Of a stretch of DNA of 50,378 nt, positions 7,571 through 16,764 are shown one piece after another (position 1 is the stretch's first letter; every line of letters starts with the position of its first letter). The DNA comes from an uncultured Bacteroidia bacterium (GTDB taxonomy: Bacteria; Bacteroidota; Bacteroidia; J057). The notes beneath the pieces were generated by a model, which worked only from the letters and a program-made list of their open reading frames with translations, was not told where the DNA came from and did no database searches. Where the stretch lies: positions 1 through 50,378 of the forward strand of contig CAYGTH010000004.1 in NCBI GenBank assembly GCA_964352745.1, given 5' to 3'. Position numbers and translations under genes: made by a program.

Positions 7571-7832
7571 TTCTTACTAAATATACGAGGTAACACAATT
7601 GGATAAACAAGCAATAATACCCAAAATGGGGGGTCAAACGCTCAGTAAGCGCATACTTCAGGGTAGCGTGATATGTGAATTATTAGGCCCGAGGGGCCCT
7701 ATAACGACGGATCGCCCTGGCCTGCTGGCCGGGAAGACAAAAGGGGAAATATGTTCCGTTCGTTTGCATATTTGCTGCGAATATACGCTTTTGATTTAAT
7801 TTGTGTTCTAACCCTGTGATTTTTTTACAAAA

Positions 7833-8288
7833 ATGAGAGCAATTCTCCAGCGCGTTCAATACAGCAAAGTAGAAGTAAACCAGGAAATCGTCGGAGAAAT
7901 CCCTCAAGGACTTCTTGTTTTACTCGGCGTTACACATGATGATACGGCAACTGACATCGATTGGTTGATCCGAAAAATCATCAACCTGCGAATCTTTACC
8001 GATGAGCAAGATAAGATGAATCTATCAGTTCAGGATATAAAGGGAGACATCTTAGTCATTTCACAGTTTACGCTTTACGCCAACAGCAAAAAGGGAAATC
8101 GCCCTTCCTATATCCGATCTGCGCCCCCGGCTATTTCCATTCCAATGTACGAGGCATTTGTCCAACAACTCCGCGAAAGCTTTTCAGGTAAAATTGAAAC
8201 CGGGGAGTTTGGTGCTGCTATGGCAGTCTCGCTCCTTAACGATGGGCCGGTTACAATCATTCTCGACAGTCGTCAACAGGATTTCTAG
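7833..8288 (+). CDS. dtd: D-aminoacyl-tRNA deacylase
   Basis: 151 aa. It has the MRAILQRV N-terminus, SQFTLYA and the NDGPVTI motifs. Confidence 0.9.
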   Translation: MRAILQRVQYSKVEVNQEIVGEIPQGLLVLLGVTHDDTATDIDWLIRKIINLRIFTDEQDKMNLSVQDIKGDILVISQFTLYANSKKGNRPSYIRSAPPAISIPMYEAFVQQLRESFSGKIETGEFGAAMAVSLLNDGPVTIILDSRQQDF

Positions 8289-8310
8289 GCCTTATTTCCC
8301 TAATCAAGAA

Positions 8311-8350
8311 AGTGCTGTAACCTGATTCATATCCGGCTACAGCGCTTTTT
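8311..8350 (+). terminator. stem-loop plus T-run after dtd
   Basis: AGTGCTGTAACC (8311-8322) pairs with GGCTACAGCGCT (8335-8346) with two non-Watson-Crick positions, followed by TTTTT. Confidence 0.5.
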
Positions 8351-8367
8351 ATCTCTTCAGATGGTTT

Positions 8368-11300
8368 TTAACTTTCTTGTTTGAGTCTTGTCAAATACTC
8401 CAGCACATCCCGCAATTCGCGTTTGTCAAGCAAGCCCCCCATCGGCGGCATACTGGAAGGGGCATCCTGGCGCTTGTCTACCTGCTCCTTTTGAATATGC
8501 AAGGGTTCCGCATCAGAGGTTCTCAGCGTGAGCTTAGTGGCTGTTTCTTCAGTTAATACACCTGATACCTTCTGCCCATTTTTCAGAGTGAGAGACACTA
8601 CGCCATAGCCCGTCGCAATCCGATTGCTGGGATCGACCATGGAGATTAGGAGTTCTTCCCGGCTCAATTGATTCCCGATATTAGCGAGGTCAGGTCCAAC
8701 ACCGCCGCCGCCACCGCCTACTGCATGACAGCGTGTACATTGTGCAGATTCATGGTTTCGGAAAATCTCGCGGCCTTTGCGGGCATCTCCGCCAAACAAG
8801 GCTTCCCGATAATTGGCCAAAACATCTTCGACAGGCTTATTGGCTTGATAGGTTGCCAATTCACTTTTCAGGCTTTCTGATTTTCCCGCTTCGATGGTTT
8901 CTACCAAATCCAGCTCTATCTCACGGCTCAGGCTTCCATTTGCCAATTGAGCTAACATGCTACTCAAAACAGGAGTCGAGGCAGATTCCGGCAATCCTCC
9001 AAGTGCTTCCAAGGCACTTTGCTGTTCTTCCATTGTTCCCCTTGCGGCGATTCCTTCCAGTAGTTTTGCCGCTTTTCCAGGTTCCATTCCTACCTCTGAT
9101 AACAGACTCAGGGCTGCAGCACGGACTGTCTTATCCCGATCTTTCATGGCAATTTCTACTGCAGCGCCTGCTGTCGCTTCATTACTTTTTCCCAAAGCGT
9201 TCAACGCTGCAATCCTCACTCCCGGATTCGAACTTTCCGCAACTAAGCCCAATAGCGTTTCCGCCTCTGTATCGATTCTCAGCCGCCCTATCGCTTCTGC
9301 AGCACTTGCCTGGATGGTAGCATTACGACTCGCTAACAATCCGGCAAGAATAGGTTGAACCGCTTCACGAACCATAGCCAGATCTCGGCTCACTTCCCCA
9401 CGATTCCTGCCATCTACCCGGTCCAGCACAGAGGGTTTTGCCCATACGCCTAATACAGCAATAGCTTCTGCACGCAGGGGCTCAGGCGCACCTGCACGGG
9501 TCGCATAGGCAGCCACCCGATTGAGGTTATCTGTTCCACCAAGTCGCAAATTGGCGCTTATGGCTCTTCGGATCAGCGCTTCATTTGAAAAGGAGGAGCT
9601 TCCCAATAGTTCTGCCAGAGCAGGCATCGCCCCTTCAATCGAATAATCATCATGAATGGCGCGGGCTGCTTCCGTAACAATATATTCATCTGCATCTGCC
9701 AAAAAGCCAGCTACTCCATCGTCCTTCATTCTACGAAGGGCAACCACGGCTGCAATTCTCAAGCTCCGATTCGGGCTTCCTGTCAGGGCTGCCAACGGGG
9801 CCGCTTCTCCAATTCGGGAAAGGGCAAGTGCCCCGGCATGGCGGAGGTACACATCTGCCTCGTCATTTTCTGCCAGCATCTGAATCAGCCCTGATACCGC
9901 ATCTTTATGTGCGATTCGTCCCAATGCCTCTGCTGCGAAAAAGCGTACCCGATCGCTTTCATCTTTCAATAATGGCATCAAACCCGGTCCGGCATCTGCA
10001 TAGCGAATATCCCCTACCCAACGTGCTGCTTGTGCCCGAATTTCCGAGTCGGCATCCCCAAATAAAGTGAGTAATGGGCTCGCAAAACTAGCATCCTTAC
10101 GAGCCAATTGAGCCGTCCCCCAAATCCCGTGCACTCGTGCAAGCTGATGTTCCCGCTGATTGATAGCAGCTTCCAACACGGTTGCTCCTGCTTTACCTCG
10201 TTTTGCGAGGGCGAATTGAGCTTTGAGGCGAATGCGCATATCTGCGTGATGAAGCAATTCTCCTAATTCCGTATCAGACCGCTTCTCCAGGTCTGATTCC
10301 ATCAGCGCCTTTGTTTCCTGGCGAATGGCCGTTTGAGCCCCTCCGGGTACGTCAAGCTTCCAGATACGGCCTGCATTTTTGGTATTCCATCCATCCAACC
10401 AATCAGCCGCATACAAAGCGCCGTCCGGTCCAAATTCAATCCCTGTGGCCAGTACACCCCCCAGCACTTTTTCATCTCCGGCAAATTCAAATCCGGCACC
10501 TTTGGGTTCCAGTTGAAAAGCATAAATATTGGATCGGGTAGGGGTTCCCCTAAATTCGGCCAGGAAAAACTTGCGGTACCAGGATTCCCCTAAAGCCGTA
10601 CCCGGATTGTAGCGCATACCCGTAGGTCCATTGTGATAATTGCGGATAGGGGGGATGATATAGGCCGCTTGCTCCTCATGACGCGGGAGATACATTTTTT
10701 CATCCATCCAGACTTTATAGCTGTTATTATCGGGGTCTGTATATTTTCCAAACTGCCAGTTGGTTCGCCATCCGGCATCGGAGCCATTTACGATGTACAC
10801 GAGCCGCTCAGACTCGCCGGGGTGGTCGCCATCATTGTCTTCGCTGAAGAGGTTTCCATATTCATCGAATACAAACTCATGAGTATTTCTCAAACCTGCG
10901 GCAAATACCTCGAAATCACTTCCGTCCGGATTGGCACGAAAAATTGCCCCTTGATTAGGATGTGCATATTGCTTTCCATCCGGGCCTGTTACATTGGACC
11001 CGATATCCCCAATCGACCACCACACTTTCCCATCCGGTCCTACCGTAAGACCCGACATACCATGCCCCCCGAATCCGATATGCACATTATACCCGTGGCT
11101 AATTGATTCTTTCTGATCAACTACTCCGTCGCCATTCTCATCTTTCATTCGCCACATATCCGGGCCTATCCCTAAAAACATTTCATTTTCATGCAAGAGC
11201 AAAGCACCGGCGACATCTGTTATTTCCTCATTAAAATCATCAACTATTCGGAGCGCTTTATCCGCAATTCCATCACCAGAGACATCTTCAATTCGCCAAA

Positions 11301-11796
11301 CCTCATCTTTTTCTACCGTCAGGTCATGCCAGTCGTGCAAAGAGTCGCCATTCAAATCTGACAACCAGGTATTCTCTTCACTTTTTTCAGGGGAGAATAT
11401 TTTCCGCAAAAAAGCACGCCTATCTTCTACTGTTTGAAAAGAAATCGACTCAGTCATCCAGTCCCGATGTCCCCGAATGTCAAACTCAGAGTGCTTCTGA
11501 CGATTGGTACGGGTAATATATGCACGCCCCATGTGGTCCATGGTAAGTGCAATGGGATCAGGCGAGAGCGTGTCTACCGCCCATAAGGTCAGTTCCAGTC
11601 CCTCTGCAACTTCTGCGGCGACTTGCTTACGGATATCCAGAGCTTGTTTCGCAGTGGCAACAGGGTCAAGTTGAATAATCCGTAATTCTTGTTGGGGTTC
11701 TTGCTTACAAGCTGTCAGAAATCCTACAAGACATAAAACCAATAGGCAGATTCTCACAATTGAAATACTCAGAAAAAAACGGTGAATAAGATTCAT
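8368..11796 (-). CDS. large secreted/lipoprotein with dehydrogenase-like beta-propeller region, HEAT repeats and a C-terminal c-type cytochrome domain
   Basis: 1142 aa. It has a signal/lipobox-like N-terminus (LTAC), repeated HEAT-like units (ADSEIRAQAARWVG, DRVRFFAAEALG, LRIAAVVALR) and a CxxCH motif (CTRCHAVGGGGGGVGPDL). The architecture resembles the PVC-type heme-binding proteins. Confidence 0.7.
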   Translation of the reverse strand: MNLIHRFFLSISIVRICLLVLCLVGFLTACKQEPQQELRIIQLDPVATAKQALDIRKQVAAEVAEGLELTLWAVDTLSPDPIALTMDHMGRAYITRTNRQKHSEFDIRGHRDWMTESISFQTVEDRRAFLRKIFSPEKSEENTWLSDLNGDSLHDWHDLTVEKDEVWRIEDVSGDGIADKALRIVDDFNEEITDVAGALLLHENEMFLGIGPDMWRMKDENGDGVVDQKESISHGYNVHIGFGGHGMSGLTVGPDGKVWWSIGDIGSNVTGPDGKQYAHPNQGAIFRANPDGSDFEVFAAGLRNTHEFVFDEYGNLFSEDNDGDHPGESERLVYIVNGSDAGWRTNWQFGKYTDPDNNSYKVWMDEKMYLPRHEEQAAYIIPPIRNYHNGPTGMRYNPGTALGESWYRKFFLAEFRGTPTRSNIYAFQLEPKGAGFEFAGDEKVLGGVLATGIEFGPDGALYAADWLDGWNTKNAGRIWKLDVPGGAQTAIRQETKALMESDLEKRSDTELGELLHHADMRIRLKAQFALAKRGKAGATVLEAAINQREHQLARVHGIWGTAQLARKDASFASPLLTLFGDADSEIRAQAARWVGDIRYADAGPGLMPLLKDESDRVRFFAAEALGRIAHKDAVSGLIQMLAENDEADVYLRHAGALALSRIGEAAPLAALTGSPNRSLRIAAVVALRRMKDDGVAGFLADADEYIVTEAARAIHDDYSIEGAMPALAELLGSSSFSNEALIRRAISANLRLGGTDNLNRVAAYATRAGAPEPLRAEAIAVLGVWAKPSVLDRVDGRNRGEVSRDLAMVREAVQPILAGLLASRNATIQASAAEAIGRLRIDTEAETLLGLVAESSNPGVRIAALNALGKSNEATAGAAVEIAMKDRDKTVRAAALSLLSEVGMEPGKAAKLLEGIAARGTMEEQQSALEALGGLPESASTPVLSSMLAQLANGSLSREIELDLVETIEAGKSESLKSELATYQANKPVEDVLANYREALFGGDARKGREIFRNHESAQCTRCHAVGGGGGGVGPDLANIGNQLSREELLISMVDPSNRIATGYGVVSLTLKNGQKVSGVLTEETATKLTLRTSDAEPLHIQKEQVDKRQDAPSSMPPMGGLLDKRELRDVLEYLTRLKQES

Positions 11797-11984
11797 GAGG
11801 CAGATGGAATAGAAAGTGAATCGGCAGAAATTAATCGGGCAGCATGATACAAAAATTCGCGGATTTTACCTTACTCACCCTTTATTGGTCTGGTGTATTC
11901 TCCATTAAGCTGATTCCATCCCATAATGAGTCGATTCTATCCGTAACTTGCAGGCATCTCTCACCTACCTGAATACATACGGTT

Positions 11985-13337
11985 GTGTTGCGTCTTATTC
12001 CTTATCTACTGTCTCTTATCTCCCGGGTGCCCTTTGTATCGATTTTAGGGCTGGGGCTGGTCATACGAATTGGATATGCGCTCCTGATGAAAGAGCAGTT
12101 GCTGGCAGCCGATGGCGAATATTATGTAAGAACCGCAGAATACATCCTTAACAATACGCCTTACGAACCAACATGGCCACCGGGGCTACCCCATCTGCTG
12201 GCTATTTTTATGGGGATTGGGGGCAAAAACTTATTTTCGGTTGTGACCGGCATGCTCCTGATCTACGGGGTCTTCTCGATATTTTTTCACTATATCCTCA
12301 GAAAGTGGACTAACCTTCCGATGGCCCACCTGGTTTCTCTTCTCATTGCAGTGTCTCCTGCATTTATCCATCACTCGGTGGCACCACTGAGCCACCTACC
12401 AGTTGCTCTCTGCCTGCTCGTCCTTACTTACGTCACCTGGGAGGTTCGGAAAAAAGTAACTCCCGCCTTACTCATTAGCATGGGGATTGCACTTGGTACA
12501 GCGATCCTGATTCGGCCAAGCTGTCTTGTCCTGATTCCGATATTATTGCTCTTGCTATTTCCACATATAAATGGCTCTTTTTGGAAAAAAGGTCTTCGCC
12601 TGGGCCTCCCGTTCTTCCTCGCTGGAATTATGCTAATAGCCTGGGAAGTGCAGGCTTATCGTACTTTTCACCGGGTTGTTTGGATCAATGATGCCAATAG
12701 TTCCAATTTTTATCTTGGAAATAATCCTTATACCCCGATCTACAAAACCTGGTGGCTGGGGTCTCATGATGAATCTCAGAATCCGAACTTTGAGGCCTTT
12801 TATGCTCAACAAGCACAAATTCGAGCATTATCGAGGGCTTCACAAAACGATGCGTATACGCGTATGGCTTGGGAACATATCTGGCAGCAGCCGGGTATGT
12901 TTTTTCTGCGAACTTGTAACCGAATCCGGTGTTTTTTTGCTTTCGATACATTTACCGCAGCTGTTATCCGCGAACGATTTCCTCAGAAATGGGTATCCAG
13001 ATATATTATTCTCTTTATGGATTGCCTGGTCTATCTTATTATTGGAGTGGGCGCGATCCTCGGGAGCGGAAATAGCCTGCGATCGAAACAACCGGGAAGA
13101 ATCCTCCTGATGATGATAATGGCCTATGCTTTCCCTTATTTTGTTGCTTTTTCGCACCCGACTTATCACCTGCCAGTTGTACCTTTACTCGCATTATTAG
13201 CCGCGACAGGCCTCTACCAGAAATTCCCTGACTCCCAGGCCCAGACTCGGCAGTGGATCGTGTGGGCCTTGATCTTACTGTTTGGTGCAACGCAACTGGA
13301 ATGGATCTGGCAAATGAAAGTAGCAATAGGGCCTTAA
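11985..13337 (+). CDS. polytopic membrane glycosyltransferase, ArnT/PMT (GT39/GT83)-like
   Basis: 450 aa with more than 10 hydrophobic segments. The first loop carries an acidic motif (AADGEYYV). The start is GTG at 11985, so the exact start is uncertain. Confidence 0.55.
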   Translation: MLRLIPYLLSLISRVPFVSILGLGLVIRIGYALLMKEQLLAADGEYYVRTAEYILNNTPYEPTWPPGLPHLLAIFMGIGGKNLFSVVTGMLLIYGVFSIFFHYILRKWTNLPMAHLVSLLIAVSPAFIHHSVAPLSHLPVALCLLVLTYVTWEVRKKVTPALLISMGIALGTAILIRPSCLVLIPILLLLLFPHINGSFWKKGLRLGLPFFLAGIMLIAWEVQAYRTFHRVVWINDANSSNFYLGNNPYTPIYKTWWLGSHDESQNPNFEAFYAQQAQIRALSRASQNDAYTRMAWEHIWQQPGMFFLRTCNRIRCFFAFDTFTAAVIRERFPQKWVSRYIILFMDCLVYLIIGVGAILGSGNSLRSKQPGRILLMMIMAYAFPYFVAFSHPTYHLPVVPLLALLAATGLYQKFPDSQAQTRQWIVWALILLFGATQLEWIWQMKVAIGP

Positions 13338-13347
13338 CTTCACCGTG

Positions 13348-13674
13348 ATGACTATCAAACAAGCACAACACATCGTTGATAACTGGATTCAGGAATTTGG
13401 CGTTCGTTATTTTTCCGAACTCACTAACATGGCCATTCTTTCCGAAGAAGTGGGAGAGGTCGCTAGAATCATTTCCCGAAAATATGGAGATCAGTCATTT
13501 AAAGAATCGGACAAAGCCGTAGATCTCGGTGATGAGATGGCTGACGTTTTATTTGTCCTTATATGCCTGGCCAACCAAACCGGAATTGATCTCGAAGCAG
13601 CGCTAAAAAAGAATCTGGACAAAAAGACAAAGCGAGATGCTAACCGGCATAAACAAAATAATAAGTTGAAATGA
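13348..13674 (+). CDS. MazG-like nucleotide pyrophosphohydrolase (small, single domain)
   Basis: It has the EEVGEV...DEMADVLF pattern (EExxE...ExxD) typical of the MazG family. I prefer ATG 13348 over GTG 13345. The stop overlaps the next start as ATGA. Confidence 0.7.
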   Translation: MTIKQAQHIVDNWIQEFGVRYFSELTNMAILSEEVGEVARIISRKYGDQSFKESDKAVDLGDEMADVLFVLICLANQTGIDLEAALKKNLDKKTKRDANRHKQNNKLK

Positions 13675-14405
13675 ACCCATATATCTGTATCCTCGGTGCA
13701 AACTCCGACATCGCCCGCGCAGTCGCTCATGAATATGCTCAAAAGGGCTACTCCATTTATTTGGCAGCCCGAGATGCAAGTCGCCTGGATGGTGATGTTC
13801 AGGACCTGAAGATTCGTTACGGCACGGAGGCACAAGCCCTCGAATTTGATGCCATTGCTTATGACACCCATGAACCATTTTATGCAGCCCTAAGTCCGCA
13901 GCCGGAAATCGTTGTATGTGTATTTGGGTATTTGGGAGAACAGGAGCGAGCGCAGGAAGACTGGGAGGAGGCTCACCGGATTTTGGCCACAAACTTTACG
14001 GGAGCGGTTTCGATCCTCAATCATGCAGCTAATGCTATGGAAAAACGAGGTTCTGGTAAACTTGTAGGAATTTCTTCTGTAGCAGGAGATCGGGGCCGGG
14101 CAAGTAACTATTTATATGGCAGTGCCAAGGCTGGCTTTTCGGCATATTTGTCTGGTTTGCGAAATCGACTCGCCCAAAAAGGGGTCCATGTCCTTACGGT
14201 AAAACCGGGTTTTGTAGATACCGCTATGACAGAGGGGCTTGACCTCCCTCCTTTGCTTACAGCAAAGCCGGAACAAGTGGCCCGGGACATTTTTCGTGCT
14301 ACAAAACGGAATAAAAATGTCTTGTACACTAAGTGGATGTGGTGGTATGTGATGCTCATCATTCGCAACATACCTGAGTCCATTTTCAAACGCTTAAACT
14401 TGTAA
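13671..14405 (+). CDS. short-chain dehydrogenase/reductase (SDR)
   Basis: 244 aa. It has an N-terminal dinucleotide site (ILGANSDIARA), the catalytic YGSAKAG (YxxxK), and SSVAG. Confidence 0.8.
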   Translation: MNPYICILGANSDIARAVAHEYAQKGYSIYLAARDASRLDGDVQDLKIRYGTEAQALEFDAIAYDTHEPFYAALSPQPEIVVCVFGYLGEQERAQEDWEEAHRILATNFTGAVSILNHAANAMEKRGSGKLVGISSVAGDRGRASNYLYGSAKAGFSAYLSGLRNRLAQKGVHVLTVKPGFVDTAMTEGLDLPPLLTAKPEQVARDIFRATKRNKNVLYTKWMWWYVMLIIRNIPESIFKRLNL

Positions 14406-14656
14406 TTGGAGCATAGTTTTCCACATTGCTATGCTTTTAGGAGCTAAAAAACAGGTCAAAACACGGCGAAAATGCTCTTTAAGGACTTTTTTTTCATAAA
14501 ATCAGGATTTTTCTGCGAATAGTTTGATATGAAAAAGCGAAAATTCCTATCTTGGACGTCATAAGGCCGTATTTTCCTTTAGGAAATCAACAAACAAACC
14601 AAATTTATGCGGTCGGAGGTATTAGGCCTCCACGGGTTAAACCAAATAATTCGCTC

Positions 14657-14833
14657 ATGAAAAGATTTGACGAACTGCGCGACCTACTGTCAAGCCTAGA
14701 GGCTGATTTTGACAAGTTCTACGACAAAAACAACAATGCTGCAGGTACTCGCATCCGTAAAGGAATGCAGGAACTAAAAAACCTGGCCCAAGAAATCCGG
14801 GTTGAAGTACAAGGCATGAAGAACAGCAACTAA
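14657..14833 (+). CDS. histone H1-like small basic DNA-binding protein (Bacteroidota type)
   Basis: 58 aa from ATG 14657: MKRFDELRDLLSSLEADFDKFYDKNNNAAGTRIRKGMQELKNLAQEIRVEVQGMKNSN. This matches my memory of the ~58-aa 'histone H1' family. The ORF-track N-terminal extension looks non-coding. Confidence 0.6.
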   Translation: MKRFDELRDLLSSLEADFDKFYDKNNNAAGTRIRKGMQELKNLAQEIRVEVQGMKNSN

Positions 14834-14841
14834 GCTTTCTG

Positions 14842-14880
14842 AAAAATGTCGGGACAATTGTCCCGACATTTTCTTTTTAT
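14842..14880 (+). terminator. rho-independent terminator
   Basis: A perfect palindrome AAAATGTCGGGACAATTGTCCCGACATTTT is followed by CTTTTT. Confidence 0.8.
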
Positions 14881-14989
14881 CCTTCCTCAGCGGCTTTTTT
14901 TGATTTTTTATTGGAGAATATAATTATTCGCGATCTTTCCCAAGAATCGTGTTGGTCTTTGTATCCTAATTCTTTACTGTAGACAATTG

Positions 14990-15778
14990 CTATTCCTCTC
15001 CCGTTTCCTGGTAGGGAATTTGGTCCAGTACATATCGAATGCTTTCCAATCTTGCCTGAGGTTTATTATCTGCTTTGATAATCACCCAGGGATTTTCCTT
15101 GGTGTGCGTTCTCTTAAACATGAATCGTTTGTACTGGGTATAAGGTCCCCATAGTTCCTGCGCTTTCTCATCAAGCGGACTTAACTTCCAGCGCTTCAGC
15201 GGATCTCTTTTCAGCGCGTTCAATCGCCTCAATTGTTCATTCTTGGAAATGGAGAAATAGAACTTAATCAAGGTGATTCCATCATCTATGAGCATCCTTT
15301 CAAATCCTGTTACTTCCCGCATAAACCGTTCGTATTGATCTTTTGTACAAAACCCATTTACAGGTTCGACAATCGCACGGTTATACCAGCTCCGGTCAAA
15401 GAATACGATCTCTCCCTCATTGGGTAACAGATTAATATATCTTTGGAAATACCATTGGCCAATTTCTTCCTCAGTAGGCTTAGGTAGGGCTACGACCCGC
15501 AATCCCCTTGGATTAAGGTGCTCGGTAAAGCGTCGAATGGCCCCTCCTTTTCCTGCTGCATCCCGGCCTTCATAAACGATTACCAGTCGCTGATTTTGCT
15601 CCACTACCCAGTTTTGCATCTTGACCAGCTCAATTTGTAAGGTCTCTAATTCCGCTTCGTACTTCGCAAGCCGCAATGCTTTTTTCACATTAACAGTCCG
15701 CCCTTGCAACAAATACTTCAATCCTCTCTTGGAATTAAGTAGTTCCAGGTCTTCTGATGACAAGTCAATCATATTCAT
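14990..15778 (-). CDS. ppk2: polyphosphate kinase 2 (single-domain PPK2)
   Basis: 262 aa. It has Walker A YEGRDAAGKGG, plus FDRSWYNR and WKLSPLD motifs. Confidence 0.85.
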   Translation of the reverse strand: MNMIDLSSEDLELLNSKRGLKYLLQGRTVNVKKALRLAKYEAELETLQIELVKMQNWVVEQNQRLVIVYEGRDAAGKGGAIRRFTEHLNPRGLRVVALPKPTEEEIGQWYFQRYINLLPNEGEIVFFDRSWYNRAIVEPVNGFCTKDQYERFMREVTGFERMLIDDGITLIKFYFSISKNEQLRRLNALKRDPLKRWKLSPLDEKAQELWGPYTQYKRFMFKRTHTKENPWVIIKADNKPQARLESIRYVLDQIPYQETGEE

Positions 15779-15795
15779 ATCAAGAGATGTGGGAA

Positions 15796-16704
15796 TTATT
15801 CGATTCTAAATGAAGGGCGATGAAAACGAGAGATAATATTGGGATCCGGTACAATGACCGTATTTGATTTATCTTTTTCATCATAGTCAAATTGAGAAAG
15901 TACATACCGGATACTTTCAAGTCGAGCCATCTTCTTATTGCTTGCCTGCACCACAATCCAGGGACTAAATGAATGATGCGTCCTGCTAAACATTTCTTCT
16001 TTATAGTGGGTATAGTCATCCCACATTTCCTGTGCTCTTTCATCAACTGGAGAAAGTTTCCACTGCTTTAGGGGGTTTTGCCGGCGGGAATCAAATCGTT
16101 TGCGCTGATCCTCTTTAGAGATCGAAAACCAAAATTTTATCAGATCAATCCCATCTTCATATAACATATGCTCAAACTCAGGCACTTGCCGCAGGAATTT
16201 TCGGTAGTCCATGTCTTCACAAAAGCCCATAACCGGCTCTACTACAGCCCGATTATACCAGCTCCGGTCAAAAAATACAACCTCTCCGGGATTCGGGAGT
16301 TCGCGAATATATCTCCGAAAATACCATTGCCCCTTTTCAACCTGATTCGGTTTGGTAAGGGCCACGACTCGCATAGAGCGTGGGTTTAGATGCTCGACAA
16401 AGCGACGGATTGTCCCGCCTTTTCCAGCCGCATCTCGCCCTTCAAATAGAATGGCAACTCGCTTTTTGCTGGTGGATATCCATTGTTGAAGCTTGACAAG
16501 CTCCACTTGTAGTTTGATCAACTCTTCTTCATACTGCAGGGTCTTCAGCAGCTTCCCATAGTTGATACCCTGTGCTTCCATCAGGCTGATAAGCTCTGGC
16601 CGACTTTTTACCCTGCTCAATTCTGCTGCTGGCAGTATCTCAGCAAGTTTCTGGTCCAGTGACGCAGCAGATGGCTCACTAGATAATTCTCCCTGGTTAC
16701 TCAT
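15796..16704 (-). CDS. ppk2: polyphosphate kinase 2 (second paralog)
   Basis: It has Walker A FEGRDAAGKGG, plus FDRSWYNR and WKLSPVD. The ORF-track start at 16761 is TTG; I prefer ATG 16704 (MSNQGEL), but the start remains uncertain. Confidence 0.8.
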   Translation of the reverse strand: MSNQGELSSEPSAASLDQKLAEILPAAELSRVKSRPELISLMEAQGINYGKLLKTLQYEEELIKLQVELVKLQQWISTSKKRVAILFEGRDAAGKGGTIRRFVEHLNPRSMRVVALTKPNQVEKGQWYFRRYIRELPNPGEVVFFDRSWYNRAVVEPVMGFCEDMDYRKFLRQVPEFEHMLYEDGIDLIKFWFSISKEDQRKRFDSRRQNPLKQWKLSPVDERAQEMWDDYTHYKEEMFSRTHHSFSPWIVVQASNKKMARLESIRYVLSQFDYDEKDKSNTVIVPDPNIISRFHRPSFRIE

Positions 16705-16764
16705 ATCTTTCTCTCTTCTATTAATCAATTTAGCTAAGGCCAGCCCCTCATCAACAGGCAATTG

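Noticed and set aside
7599-7907. Small ORFs (66 aa plus strand, 74 aa minus strand) in the arg/dtd divergent region.
   Set aside because: They have no start context and no recognisable motifs. One overlaps the dtd start. The region is better explained as promoter/operator DNA.
8695-8718. The GCC/GCG-rich simple run encoding GGGGGG as an assembly or sequencing artefact or a slippage hotspot.
   Set aside because: It sits exactly where c-type cytochrome domains of this family have a Gly-rich loop after CxxCH (CH..G.G..GPDL), and the frame is intact.
8733-9358. Plus-strand ORFs of 195 aa and 133 aa inside the HEAT/cytochrome-c gene.
   Set aside because: They are antisense to a 1142-aa ORF with clear repeat and CxxCH features. 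Their Pro/Leu/Ser-rich translations are typical of the reverse strand of Ala/Glu/Leu-rich HEAT repeats.
14406-14656. The 250-nt region upstream of the histone-like gene as a possible riboswitch or ncRNA.
   Set aside because: I could find only short hairpins (AGCATAG/CTATGCT, probably the SDR terminator, and GGAGG/CCTCC) and a near-match to a TAnnTTTG box. There is no extended conserved-looking structure. It needs an Rfam scan before any claim.
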